A DNA stretch of 64,000 bases from a virus. Taxonomy: Duplodnaviria > Heunggongvirae > Uroviricota > Caudoviricetes. How positions within the stretch are numbered: the stretch's first letter is position 1; every line of letters starts with the position of its first letter. The notes beneath the pieces are model-generated. The model was given only the letters and a program-made list of their open reading frames with translations, ran no database searches and was not told where the DNA came from. Where the stretch lies: IMG/VR virus record IMGVR_UViG_3300028361_000018; one strand, 5' to 3'. This document shows positions 37,307 through 45,768 of this stretch, in pieces. A program made the position numbers and the translations under genes.

Positions 37307-38116
37307 ATGTCGTATACCGAAAAAGAAATCATGAACTACTGCGAGCAGGAACTGTTTCGGCACTTGGTCGAAGACCTGTATCCAACAGGGCTTGTATCTA
37401 TTGTTAGTGACACGTGGGACTTTTGGACTGTGGTTACTGAGTATATTCCTGCGCTCAAAGACGTTATTATGGCTCGCCAACCAAACGCCATTGGCCTTAA
37501 CAAGGTAGTGTTGCGTCCAGACAGCGGAGACCCTGTAAAGATCATCACAGGCTACACTGAAGACGAATATTACATCGAAGAAGACGGTGAGCTCATTAGC
37601 TACAAGGACGGTATCACACTGTCTCCTGCAGAAGTCAAAGGCGCTATCGAATGCCTGTGGGACACTTTTGGTGGTACGCTAACCGACTGTGGTTATAGAG
37701 AATTAGACGAGCATATTGGCTTAATCTATGGCGATAGCATTACGCTAGAACGCGCACACGCAATTCTACGCAGACTGGCAGACAAAGGCTTTGCTAGCAG
37801 CAACGTTGTTCTTGGAGTGGGGTCATACACTTACCAGCACAACACACGCGACAGCATGGGGTTTGCAATGAAGGCAACCTATGGTGAGGTCAACGGAGTA
37901 GGACGTGAAATCTTTAAAGACCCAGCAACAGACAGCGGCACAAAGAAGAGTGCTAAAGGTTTGTTACGTGTTGATCTAGTAGACGGAGAATACGTAATGC
38001 AAGACCAAGTAACGTGGGCTGAAGAAGCAGGCGGTGAGCTAAAGACTGTGTTTAAGGACAGCAAGCTCTACAACCAAACCAGCTTGGGTGAGATCAGGCA
38101 GCGTATACAGGGTTAA
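37307..38116 (+). CDS. nadV: nicotinamide phosphoribosyltransferase (NAMPT/NadV), C-terminal fragment
   Basis: Track ORF 37175-38116. ATG 37307 with AAGGA RBS. TEKEIMNYCEQ...VSIVSDTWD...LRPDSGDP...KGLLRV align with NAMPT residues ~330-490 (HEKDAFEH...VSVVSDSYD...IRPDSGNP...KGRL). Confidence 0.75.
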   Translation: MSYTEKEIMNYCEQELFRHLVEDLYPTGLVSIVSDTWDFWTVVTEYIPALKDVIMARQPNAIGLNKVVLRPDSGDPVKIITGYTEDEYYIEEDGELISYKDGITLSPAEVKGAIECLWDTFGGTLTDCGYRELDEHIGLIYGDSITLERAHAILRRLADKGFASSNVVLGVGSYTYQHNTRDSMGFAMKATYGEVNGVGREIFKDPATDSGTKKSAKGLLRVDLVDGEYVMQDQVTWAEEAGGELKTVFKDSKLYNQTSLGEIRQRIQG

Positions 38117-38126
38117 TCTTAGAGGT

Positions 38127-38155
38127 TGACAATCAGCGTGTTGTAGTATATACTT
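38127..38155 (+). promoter_or_regulatory. sigma70-like promoter whose -10 lies in the loop of a terminator hairpin
   Basis: TTGACA 38127-38132, TATACT ~38149-38154, nested within the 38135-38184 hairpin. Confidence 0.45.
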
Positions 38156-38184
38156 AGAGTATAATACACAACACGCTTTTTTTT
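38135..38184 (+). terminator. intrinsic terminator (10-bp stem + T8)
   Basis: AGCGTGTTGT ... ACAACACGCT perfect inverted repeat followed by TTTTTTTT (38177-38184). Confidence 0.6.
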
Positions 38185-38195
38185 AGGAGAATAAA

Positions 38196-38528
38196 ATGAT
38201 CACAGCAGGCGATGTTTACAATCGGATGATTAAGGCAGGTGAAGTAGACAATACTGCGCTAGACGGATTTCTAGAGCAAATTATTATTCCTCGATTTGAG
38301 AAAGCGCAAAAAAATAAGATTAAACTAACAACTGCGGTGTTTATCATTAACCCACTGTTTGCTGGCAAAGTTCCTGCCGAGATTGTCGATTTGTTTAATA
38401 GTCGCGGGTTTAGAATGGAATTCGAATGCGAGGACAGGCCTTGCGGAAACTCTTACTACGAACTAGAGATTCCGCCCCAAGGCGAAGATAGTTGCGGATT
38501 CGGCAAGGAGCATGACTGGAACAAATAA
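38196..38528 (+). CDS. hypothetical protein (110 aa)
   Basis: ORF track. Confidence 0.4.
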   Translation: MITAGDVYNRMIKAGEVDNTALDGFLEQIIIPRFEKAQKNKIKLTTAVFIINPLFAGKVPAEIVDLFNSRGFRMEFECEDRPCGNSYYELEIPPQGEDSCGFGKEHDWNK

Positions 38529-38998
38529 TGAAATACTATGCCGGAATCGGCTCTCGGGTAACTCCTGATAATATACAGACCGACATGACCAACATTGCTA
38601 GTATATTAGCAGACAACGGGTATATATTGCGCAGTGGAGGAGCACTTGGCGCAGATCGTGCGTTTGAAAACGGAGCCAAAAACCGAGCAGAAATATTTCT
38701 TCCTCGGGCAGATTCGCCTGCATGGACACTAGTGTTTACTCAACATTTTCATCCTAATCCTAGTGCGTTGTCAGATAAGGCGTGGATGTTGATGAACCGC
38801 AATGCAATGCAGATACTAGGACGAGACGGTGACACTCCCGTTGACTTTATAATTTGCTGGACTAGAGACGGAAAAGCAAGTGGTGGGACAGGGCAAGCTC
38901 TGCGCATTGCTGCTGATTTTGGAATTACTGTATATAATATGTTTAACAACGACCATGTTAGTGAACTTGCTAACAAACTAACAAATATTAAGGAATAA
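38528..38998 (+). CDS. hypothetical protein (156 aa)
   Basis: ORF track. Confidence 0.4.
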   Translation: MKYYAGIGSRVTPDNIQTDMTNIASILADNGYILRSGGALGADRAFENGAKNRAEIFLPRADSPAWTLVFTQHFHPNPSALSDKAWMLMNRNAMQILGRDGDTPVDFIICWTRDGKASGGTGQALRIAADFGITVYNMFNNDHVSELANKLTNIKE

Positions 38999-39001
38999 AA
39001 T

Positions 39002-39481
39002 ATGAACGTTAAATTTGTAAGTCGAGGAGATGCCAAAAAGTACATCAGCAAAAATCACTTCGCTGACGCCGATTGCGACTTAGTTAGTATTTCAGATACC
39101 CATAAAGAAGCTGAACAGATGAAGGAGTTGTGGCTAGCTAATAAAAAACACGCGAACGCCGCTGTGTTTCTTCGGTTTGCAGATATGGACGACAGTAGCA
39201 GCGGATTTGATTCTAAAAAAGCCGAAACTATCTGCAACTTCTTAGAGCAATCCTTTAGGAAGAAAAAAGACGTGATAGTACATTGCTTTGCTGGAATTTC
39301 ACGAAGTGGTGCTGTTGCTAAGTTTGCTAACGAGTATTACGGACTAAATGACGTATACTTAGACACTTACGCAGGACATAACTTGTGGGTGTTCTACACT
39401 TTGTTAGAGCAAGCAGGAGTACCCACCCAACGACAATATTACGGTGATCTAGAGAAGCGCCTCGGAAAAGAAAACAGTTGA
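39002..39481 (+). CDS. dual-specificity / protein-tyrosine phosphatase-like
   Basis: 159 aa with VIVHCFAGISRSGAV = HCx5R(S/T) P-loop of Cys-based phosphatases. Confidence 0.7.
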   Translation: MNVKFVSRGDAKKYISKNHFADADCDLVSISDTHKEAEQMKELWLANKKHANAAVFLRFADMDDSSSGFDSKKAETICNFLEQSFRKKKDVIVHCFAGISRSGAVAKFANEYYGLNDVYLDTYAGHNLWVFYTLLEQAGVPTQRQYYGDLEKRLGKENS

Positions 39482-39506
39482 CAAGGACATCAACTGACTT
39501 TACACT
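39478..39506 (+). promoter_or_regulatory. sigma70-like promoter TTGACA-N17-TACACT (copy of the 33782 promoter)
   Basis: GTTGACAAGGACATCAACTGACTTTACACTGTA. About 50 bp of similarity to 33781-33830. Confidence 0.5.
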
Positions 39507-39546
39507 GTACTTACACTAAATTAACTTATTAAAAAGAGTACTTAAT

Positions 39547-39735
39547 ATGCCTATCGAAGCAATGTTCGCAATTACTGCTGTAATATTTACTGGCGTAGGT
39601 TGGTGGTTTGGTATGCAATCATCAACTGAAGAAACAGTCGGTCATACAATCGATTCACTAATCGAACGCGGGTATCTTAAGACTCGTGTTAAAGACGACG
39701 GCAACACTGAAATCCTCAAACACGATGAAAAATAA
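39547..39735 (+). CDS. small membrane protein (62 aa)
   Basis: Hydrophobic MPIEAMFAITAVIFTGVGWWFG. Confidence 0.35.
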   Translation: MPIEAMFAITAVIFTGVGWWFGMQSSTEETVGHTIDSLIERGYLKTRVKDDGNTEILKHDEK

Positions 39736-40003
39736 GAATTGGGGACTCGCCCAATACTACGTCGTGCCTATGTTAGAGGCAGACCAAGTACTTGTCGTTC
39801 CAGTAACTGATTACAAAAAACCCGGTGAAACTCCAGTAGCAGCACTAGGAAACGAGATACACGCCTGGTGCGCAGACGCTAACATCGAAGCAGATCTGTT
39901 AGGTGCTCATATGCTCGATAACGACACAACTATGCAACTGGTTTGGAAAGTACCTAGTGAAAAGCACAGACTTCTATTTTCACTAAAGTGGGGTGCAGAG
40001 TGA
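39725..40003 (+). CDS. hypothetical protein
   Basis: Track ORF 39686-40003. ATG at 39725 (MKNKNWG...) overlaps the upstream stop. Confidence 0.35.
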   Translation: MKNKNWGLAQYYVVPMLEADQVLVVPVTDYKKPGETPVAALGNEIHAWCADANIEADLLGAHMLDNDTTMQLVWKVPSEKHRLLFSLKWGAE

Positions 40004-40338
40004 GCATACTTAGCAATGTCAAAACAGCATATCAAGATATGAAAACTGCACGGCTGTTTAAGAAGCATAACGTATCTACATGGTCCGAATACAACCTAAA
40101 GTTTGATCGTGACTACAATAAACGAGCAAATACCATAAGAACATTGTTTCACGGTTATCCGTTTATTGCAGAGATAGACGATGTCAGTGCGTTATTAACT
40201 AATACATGTGATAACTGGGAAGCGGGATCCTGCATCTCAGAGGATGGTTATCTACAGAATGCAGAGGCAAAGCTAGAGCAACGATCGCCCACACTATCCG
40301 TTTTGAACATCTATATAACGACGGAACCAAACTTGTAG
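39988..40338 (+). CDS. hypothetical protein (116 aa)
   Basis: ORF track. Confidence 0.35.
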   Translation: MGCRVSILSNVKTAYQDMKTARLFKKHNVSTWSEYNLKFDRDYNKRANTIRTLFHGYPFIAEIDDVSALLTNTCDNWEAGSCISEDGYLQNAEAKLEQRSPTLSVLNIYITTEPNL

Positions 40339-40420
40339 ATTGGGACATAAACACATTTGGAGAAGGTAGTGCCTTTATAGCCTTTCAGGACGAGCGTGAC
40401 TACCTGATATTTTTGTTAAA

Positions 40421-40801
40421 GTGGGATACAGCGTGAATAAACAAGAACTAGTTTTTTGTAAAAAATATCAAGCAAAAGTAAACATCACCAATCAACGCAT
40501 ATACCGGCACACTACCGAATCTAGGTATATACCCGACGGATACCCTGGCGATGTTATGTCAACAACTGTTAATATCGTACAGATCGAAATGCCAGAAGAT
40601 AGATATCGGGCGATGATGGAAAAAGAGCGTATGCTTGAGCAAATGTTCAAGCAACACAGCACAGCAAATAAACACCCTATAGACTATTTTTGGGATACTT
40701 TTCTTAACGAGTTAATTACACGTGAACAAGTGCCAGCAGTTAAGATAGCATACGACAAATACAAAAACTTGCTAGAATTAGTACGAGGAAACTATGACTA
40801 A
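40421..40801 (+). CDS. hypothetical protein (126 aa)
   Basis: ORF track. Confidence 0.35.
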   Translation: MGYSVNKQELVFCKKYQAKVNITNQRIYRHTTESRYIPDGYPGDVMSTTVNIVQIEMPEDRYRAMMEKERMLEQMFKQHSTANKHPIDYFWDTFLNELITREQVPAVKIAYDKYKNLLELVRGNYD

Positions 40802-41075
40802 AGCCATTAGTCTGTCACAACACGAATGGAATATTCTTAGAGCAAAGTTAGAAGAAGAAAACCCTCGTAGCGTGTTTATGATACGCAGTAAGATGAAACG
40901 AGTTCTAGGATTTGTCCCCCGAAAACATCGAATAATTGAGAATCAGAAAGATAAACACGGTAACGACATTACTAGAGCATACTACAGCGTCAGGCTAGAC
41001 TTTTACAGTGAGAAAAAATACACTTGGTTCTTGCTTAAATATTCAGATTTCATTAACGAGCTAGAAAATGTCTGA
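40794..41075 (+). CDS. hypothetical protein (93 aa)
   Basis: ORF track; overlapping start/stop with neighbours (operon-like packing). Confidence 0.35.
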   Translation: MTKAISLSQHEWNILRAKLEEENPRSVFMIRSKMKRVLGFVPRKHRIIENQKDKHGNDITRAYYSVRLDFYSEKKYTWFLLKYSDFINELENV

Positions 41076-41448
41076 TTTAGAATTAATGAGCCACTTTGGT
41101 ATAGTGAACGCAGTTAAGTGGCACCTGCTCAAGGGCAGTTGTGTAATAGCAGCCTGGCCAGAGTGGAGCGAAGTTACTGTAGACCACAATGACCTAGCGT
41201 GGGTAGACTACGGTGGCGCTGTAACACTTACAAGAGACACCGACGATCCGAATTGGCACTATCGGCCGTTTTTAGATAAGAACGTTGGCAAGTTTGGAAA
41301 GGACTGGATGTGGAAGGTACACCCCGGCACAAAAGAAGCCGCAGAACTAGGCACATATGATGTAGATCACGCAGTACTAGAGATTAGGCTACACAAACGC
41401 AAGGCAAAGTGGGCATCTATTCTACAACTAAAATGGAGTAGTAAATGA
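41068..41448 (+). CDS. hypothetical protein (126 aa)
   Basis: ORF track. Confidence 0.35.
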   Translation: MSDLELMSHFGIVNAVKWHLLKGSCVIAAWPEWSEVTVDHNDLAWVDYGGAVTLTRDTDDPNWHYRPFLDKNVGKFGKDWMWKVHPGTKEAAELGTYDVDHAVLEIRLHKRKAKWASILQLKWSSK

Positions 41449-41771
41449 AAGCAAAGTTATATAAGTTTCTAACCATGTTCGACTGCGAAGGTTTTGAGTG
41501 TCTCATTGACATTACTCGTCGAGAAAAGGACTGGTTAATAACCACGCTAAAGGGCGAAGAGTACAAAGACGATCTTAACTTTAATTCTATGATGATGCGA
41601 GCGCGATACAACCCGCAGCGCAGGCCAGAAATTTGGATTTTTACTAGCACCGTAGATGACGCAACTCTACAAGAGATCAAGGACGAACAGCCACAGGCAC
41701 TAGTTGATCTAATTCGAGAGAACGGACATTGTTTGTGGGAAAATACTCCAATCAAACAGGTTATATCATGA
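41445..41771 (+). CDS. hypothetical protein (108 aa)
   Basis: ORF track. Confidence 0.35.
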   Translation: MKAKLYKFLTMFDCEGFECLIDITRREKDWLITTLKGEEYKDDLNFNSMMMRARYNPQRRPEIWIFTSTVDDATLQEIKDEQPQALVDLIRENGHCLWENTPIKQVIS

Positions 41772-42100
41772 AACGTTCATCATATTGGAATCCTACATTT
41801 AGTCAGAAGTTAGCACAGAGTGCTAATGCAAGGAATACCCGTCAACTGAAGAGGTCAGGCTACAGTCTTTATCGTTTATATAAATCAGTAATAGAAGAAC
41901 TGCCAATGCCCCCATATTACTACAAACTTGGCCTTGGCAGTATGTACGGTACAGTCACATTACTAGACGAAGTAAGATGGCTAAAACCCAAGCACGTCAC
42001 TCTAATTAGGATGAAAGGCACTACTGTTACTCCGTTGCTGAGGAGTAGAGTGGACCGTGAAGAAAAAGTAGGTTATATTTTAGACATCGAATCCTATTGA
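41768..42100 (+). CDS. hypothetical protein
   Basis: Track ORF 41729-42100. ATG at 41768 overlaps the upstream stop (ATGA). Confidence 0.35.
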   Translation: MKRSSYWNPTFSQKLAQSANARNTRQLKRSGYSLYRLYKSVIEELPMPPYYYKLGLGSMYGTVTLLDEVRWLKPKHVTLIRMKGTTVTPLLRSRVDREEKVGYILDIESY

Positions 42101-42154
42101 CACTCTGCAACTCTGAGCGTATAATTTAATAACACTAACGAAAAGAGTCACAAT

Positions 42155-42580
42155 ATGAACATCAAACACGCCCCGATTTTTAATATCAAAAAACTTGAAG
42201 AAATTTACAGTAAAAAAGATGGCGTTTTGGTTAAGTACGTGTGTACGAGCGAACTTGTAAACAGAGATGTTCCTATGGACATTTTCTATCGTGAGACTCC
42301 GCACCCAGAGTTTGGGAACAAATACTTTGCTATTTTTCTTAAGCCGGGCACCGACACAATTATGATCACTGATGCTGACAAGATCGAAGATTTAGAATTT
42401 GGCATGATTGATGTAGACGGTGAGTGGATCTACTCTCGTTACAACCACGAAAATATTATGCACACAGACAGTGCTGGCAATCATAAACACATTGATGGTG
42501 GTCGGCAATATGCTCGTGGTTGGGGTTATGAGTTCTTTGAAGTTAAAGACGGTGAATTTATATCAAAGGAGATACCATGA
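42155..42580 (+). CDS. hypothetical protein (141 aa)
   Basis: ORF track. Confidence 0.35.
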   Translation: MNIKHAPIFNIKKLEEIYSKKDGVLVKYVCTSELVNRDVPMDIFYRETPHPEFGNKYFAIFLKPGTDTIMITDADKIEDLEFGMIDVDGEWIYSRYNHENIMHTDSAGNHKHIDGGRQYARGWGYEFFEVKDGEFISKEIP

Positions 42581-42798
42581 GCAACAGCAAAAATCATAGT
42601 TTAAAATTTGAAAAAGCACTTGAAAACAACGACTACGGACTAATTATCGGCGAAGAAGGAGAGCTTAAAGGAATTTGGGTTCCAGATCATTTGTATGACG
42701 ATCCAGTACCCGAAGCACTTGCGCAACTTTGCATGATGAACTACGGAATTAATCCTAACGGACAAACACCTATGGTTATATCAACAAACCTACATTAA
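42577..42798 (+). CDS. hypothetical protein (73 aa)
   Basis: ORF track. Confidence 0.3.
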   Translation: MSNSKNHSLKFEKALENNDYGLIIGEEGELKGIWVPDHLYDDPVPEALAQLCMMNYGINPNGQTPMVISTNLH

Positions 42799-42807
42799 GG
42801 ATCAGAA

Positions 42808-43194
42808 ATGAAAATTGGACTTAGCCTAAGCCTGTGTGTGCTTGATATCTTCTTGAAAAAGGTTGACAAATCTGATGTCATAGTGATTGTGAGTCGCACT
42901 GATTTTGACCCAGAGAACGACGAGCAATGGAAATCTATCTGGCAGGGATACGCTAATCAGGGAAGCTACCTCGGTATCTGGGGGTTTCACTCAGCTTACG
43001 AAGTAGAGTTTCGTCAAATTATATTAAACCTACACAAAACTGGCAAGCTGCATCAACCAAGGCAGTACGGTGCACATCCTCCAAGGATAATGTACCATTG
43101 GTTAGAGACCCTTGCCCCTGAAGAAGATGTTGAAAAGAATCCTGCTGTTAAAAAGGCGTGGGAGAATTATAAAATACTTGCGGGGCTAAGCTAA
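42808..43194 (+). CDS. hypothetical protein (128 aa)
   Basis: ORF track. Confidence 0.35.
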   Translation: MKIGLSLSLCVLDIFLKKVDKSDVIVIVSRTDFDPENDEQWKSIWQGYANQGSYLGIWGFHSAYEVEFRQIILNLHKTGKLHQPRQYGAHPPRIMYHWLETLAPEEDVEKNPAVKKAWENYKILAGLS

Positions 43195-43496
43195 TGGAAA
43201 ACAACGAAGATCTCAATCAAGCACTGCGGGGCATTGCACAGGGGATGGCAGAGGCAACAGCTAAACACCAAAAAGAAGTTGATCAATGGTGGGACGCACT
43301 GTCGCAGGAAGACCGCGAACGTGCGTTTTATGCCGTCTCACAACGCATACACACCGCCGATCTCAAGGAGCAACGCAGCTTTCGCGGGTCAATATACGGT
43401 GTGTTTGGATTTGGTCCAGATATGTATGGGCGAGCAATGGACTGTGGATACTTAGATATACACAATGCAATTGTAAATGGCAATGACTATGATTGA
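43194..43496 (+). CDS. hypothetical protein (100 aa)
   Basis: ORF track. The overlapping ORFs at 43234 and 43286 in other frames are rejected. Confidence 0.35.
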   Translation: MENNEDLNQALRGIAQGMAEATAKHQKEVDQWWDALSQEDRERAFYAVSQRIHTADLKEQRSFRGSIYGVFGFGPDMYGRAMDCGYLDIHNAIVNGNDYD

Positions 43497-43809
43497 TAAC
43501 ACTCTAACACATCGCGGATTTGCACACTCCAGTTTCGAAGACAGATACGGTGCAAGGTGTAGCATTCAAAAAAGCAGCTTGGCATTCGAGGATTGTATCT
43601 GGTTTGGCGTGAATGACGCAGATCCTAAGATTATGTGTAATAACGCTGCACGCAACGGAGTGCCAGCTCAAAACAACTGTGGTTGGCAACCTTATAAAAT
43701 TCCAGAAGACGTATTGCTCACTACTCGTATGCACCTTACACAAGAACAAGTAAAACAAATTATTCCTGTCCTTCAGCACTTTGTAGACACAGGCGAACTT
43801 CCGGTCTAA
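43477..43809 (+). CDS. hypothetical protein (110 aa)
   Basis: ORF track. Confidence 0.35.
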   Translation: MAMTMIDNTLTHRGFAHSSFEDRYGARCSIQKSSLAFEDCIWFGVNDADPKIMCNNAARNGVPAQNNCGWQPYKIPEDVLLTTRMHLTQEQVKQIIPVLQHFVDTGELPV

Positions 43810-44384
43810 CTATCAGTTAGCTTCCTAAGCAGAGTATAAAGGTTTGCACGCCGAATATAATTGTGCTATGTAATGTTGCCGCTTGCGCGATCGATGCATT
43901 AGAACTGGCTGTCTGCTGTCAGACTATCAACACTAACCCTCACGGGCTGCTGATTAGAGTAATGTCTAGTTTGTTGTTAGAATAAAAATTCCAATAGCGT
44001 TTAAGTCCTATGAAATGTAATCGTCACCTGAAAGCATTCTTAAAAATCGTAGCGGCAGGGTTAGGTACAGAGCCCAAGGACTAGCTATATAAGCCCGCTG
44101 ACATTCGTGCGCGAGAACAACTCACATGAAACCTTTGTCATCTTATTAGCGTAAGGTGACTCATGGCTCTGCAATCTACATGAATCATCTACTAACTAAT
44201 AATAATTATTCACTTTAGTATAATCTATATAAAGTATTTAAACTAACAACAATTATTCATTCTAATAAAACACGAGATGCGTTAGCAACGAGTACGTTGA
44301 CTTAGTCAACGGTATACTATTATAAAGTCTATAAGTACATAGAGCGTTTGGTGATGCTCTGACTCACTCATCAGGATTAAAATT

Positions 44385-44726
44385 ATGAATTATGACAAAT
44401 ATAAATTAGTTAGAGATAAAATTCCTGCTTTAGTAAAATCTGATAGATTATCTAATAGCGAACCACTTCGACCCTGTGAACGTGTACTAGACAAAAGTGC
44501 ATATTTGATGCTGCTTAATCGTAAACTTAAAGAAGAAGTTGCTGAACTGGACGAAGCGCTAGGGCACGGAAATCAGGATGCTATAGAAAATGAACTAGCA
44601 GATGTACACGAAGTTCTAGTTGCAATTAGTGATGCTTATAGGTGCAGAGATGTTGTGGACCTGGCTAGCGAAAAAGCTCACAAGCTGGGTGGTTTCTACC
44701 AAGGACATATATTAAAAATAGGTTGA
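44385..44726 (+). CDS. MazG-like nucleotide pyrophosphohydrolase domain protein
   Basis: 113 aa. KLVRDKIP N-terminus and LKEEVAELDEA ... ELADV acidic helices resemble MazG / HisE-type NTP pyrophosphatases. Confidence 0.5.
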   Translation: MNYDKYKLVRDKIPALVKSDRLSNSEPLRPCERVLDKSAYLMLLNRKLKEEVAELDEALGHGNQDAIENELADVHEVLVAISDAYRCRDVVDLASEKAHKLGGFYQGHILKIG

Positions 44727-44751
44727 CACTTGCAGGGTACGAAACTATACT
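44723..44751 (+). promoter_or_regulatory. sigma70-like promoter TTGACA-N17-TATACT
   Basis: TTGACA 44723-44728, TATACT 44746-44751. Confidence 0.45.
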
Positions 44752-44783
44752 AGTTAAAACTTAAACACTTAAGGTAGTTGTAA

Positions 44784-45131
44784 ATGAAAGCTCAGACGCC
44801 AGCAAAAGGTATTTCGGAATCAAGCAGTTGGGATAACGGAAAGATTTATCATATCGAGTGTGACTGCACTTGTGAAGATCATGCTGTTGATACTTGGATA
44901 GAGGCTGATGCAGAGCCTGACTTTGGAGTCAACGTGACTTTCTATGTTAAAACATGGACTCCTTACAGCTTGAGCGCAGACGGCATGTGGCAGCGTATTA
45001 AAAAAGCTTATAATATCCTAGTCAAAGGGGTTGACACCCAGGAACACGGTATACTGCTAAAAGAACAAGCTGCTCTAAATTGGGTAGCTGCTGTACAAAA
45101 CGCAATTGCGGATTTTCAAGACTTAGAATAA
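44784..45131 (+). CDS. hypothetical protein (115 aa)
   Basis: ORF track. Confidence 0.35.
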   Translation: MKAQTPAKGISESSSWDNGKIYHIECDCTCEDHAVDTWIEADAEPDFGVNVTFYVKTWTPYSLSADGMWQRIKKAYNILVKGVDTQEHGILLKEQAALNWVAAVQNAIADFQDLE

Positions 45132-45158
45132 AACAACTAGCTACGAACAGGTGAAAAT

Positions 45159-45344
45159 ATGCATTGGTTACATACAATCGGCGGCACAGCATTATACCTC
45201 AACAACACTCTTATTGGGTGGGTGACCTCAACGCTGAATGGACAATACTTCTACGGCCTTGTAGTACAATCTACTCGGCAAAAACAAACTGCTGACACCA
45301 AGCACGATGCTATGTTACGCTTGCTAAACTCAGTTGGAGACTAG
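45159..45344 (+). CDS. hypothetical protein (61 aa)
   Basis: ORF track. Confidence 0.3.
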   Translation: MHWLHTIGGTALYLNNTLIGWVTSTLNGQYFYGLVVQSTRQKQTADTKHDAMLRLLNSVGD

Positions 45345-45584
45345 ATGCGAAATCATGACATGGTATGGGACGTAATGCCAGACGAACCTATGATGGTAGG
45401 CATATGGCTTACTAAAGCAGCACGTGATGCTAATGAGGCACCAGCAATGCGTATGTTTGTAGGAGAAATTATAGAGAACGCAGGCAGAAAAGGAGTAATG
45501 CAGCACGTTAAAGAGTGCGATCGTAGTCCGTGGTTACGTAGTTGGAAAGAAGACTATCACAAAACATTTGACGCATTAAAATAA
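45345..45584 (+). CDS. hypothetical protein (79 aa)
   Basis: ORF track. Confidence 0.3.
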   Translation: MRNHDMVWDVMPDEPMMVGIWLTKAARDANEAPAMRMFVGEIIENAGRKGVMQHVKECDRSPWLRSWKEDYHKTFDALK

Positions 45585-45768
45585 GGAAACCGCATGCAGC
45601 ACAACTACACAAAGGCTATTGTAAAGTTTGATAACGGCAACGGTGCTCTGTTGTGTAATGGCTGCTCAATTATTATAGCACGTGGATTTGAACATCAAGA
45701 CCGAGAACACTATTGTACAATGTGCATGAGTGGAAACTGCAAAACTAAATTTAAAAAAGGTAAGTAGC

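Noticed and set aside
36490-37310. Group I intron interpretation of the nadV interruption
   Set aside because: Not rejected outright, but considered less likely than a free-standing endonuclease insertion. The endonuclease gene is on the opposite strand and the second NAMPT fragment has its own RBS and ATG. I could not identify P7/P3 core elements by eye.
43234-43486. Alternative-frame ORFs (73 and 66 aa) inside ORF 43194-43496
   Set aside because: Nested in other frames of a longer ORF with a better start context. Arg/Cys-rich translations typical of off-frame reading.
44297-44318. TTGACT ... TATACT promoter-like motif in the 43.8-44.4 kb gap
   Set aside because: The spacer is only ~10 nt, which is incompatible with sigma70 geometry. 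The GTTGACTTAGTCAAC palindrome may be a protein-binding site instead.
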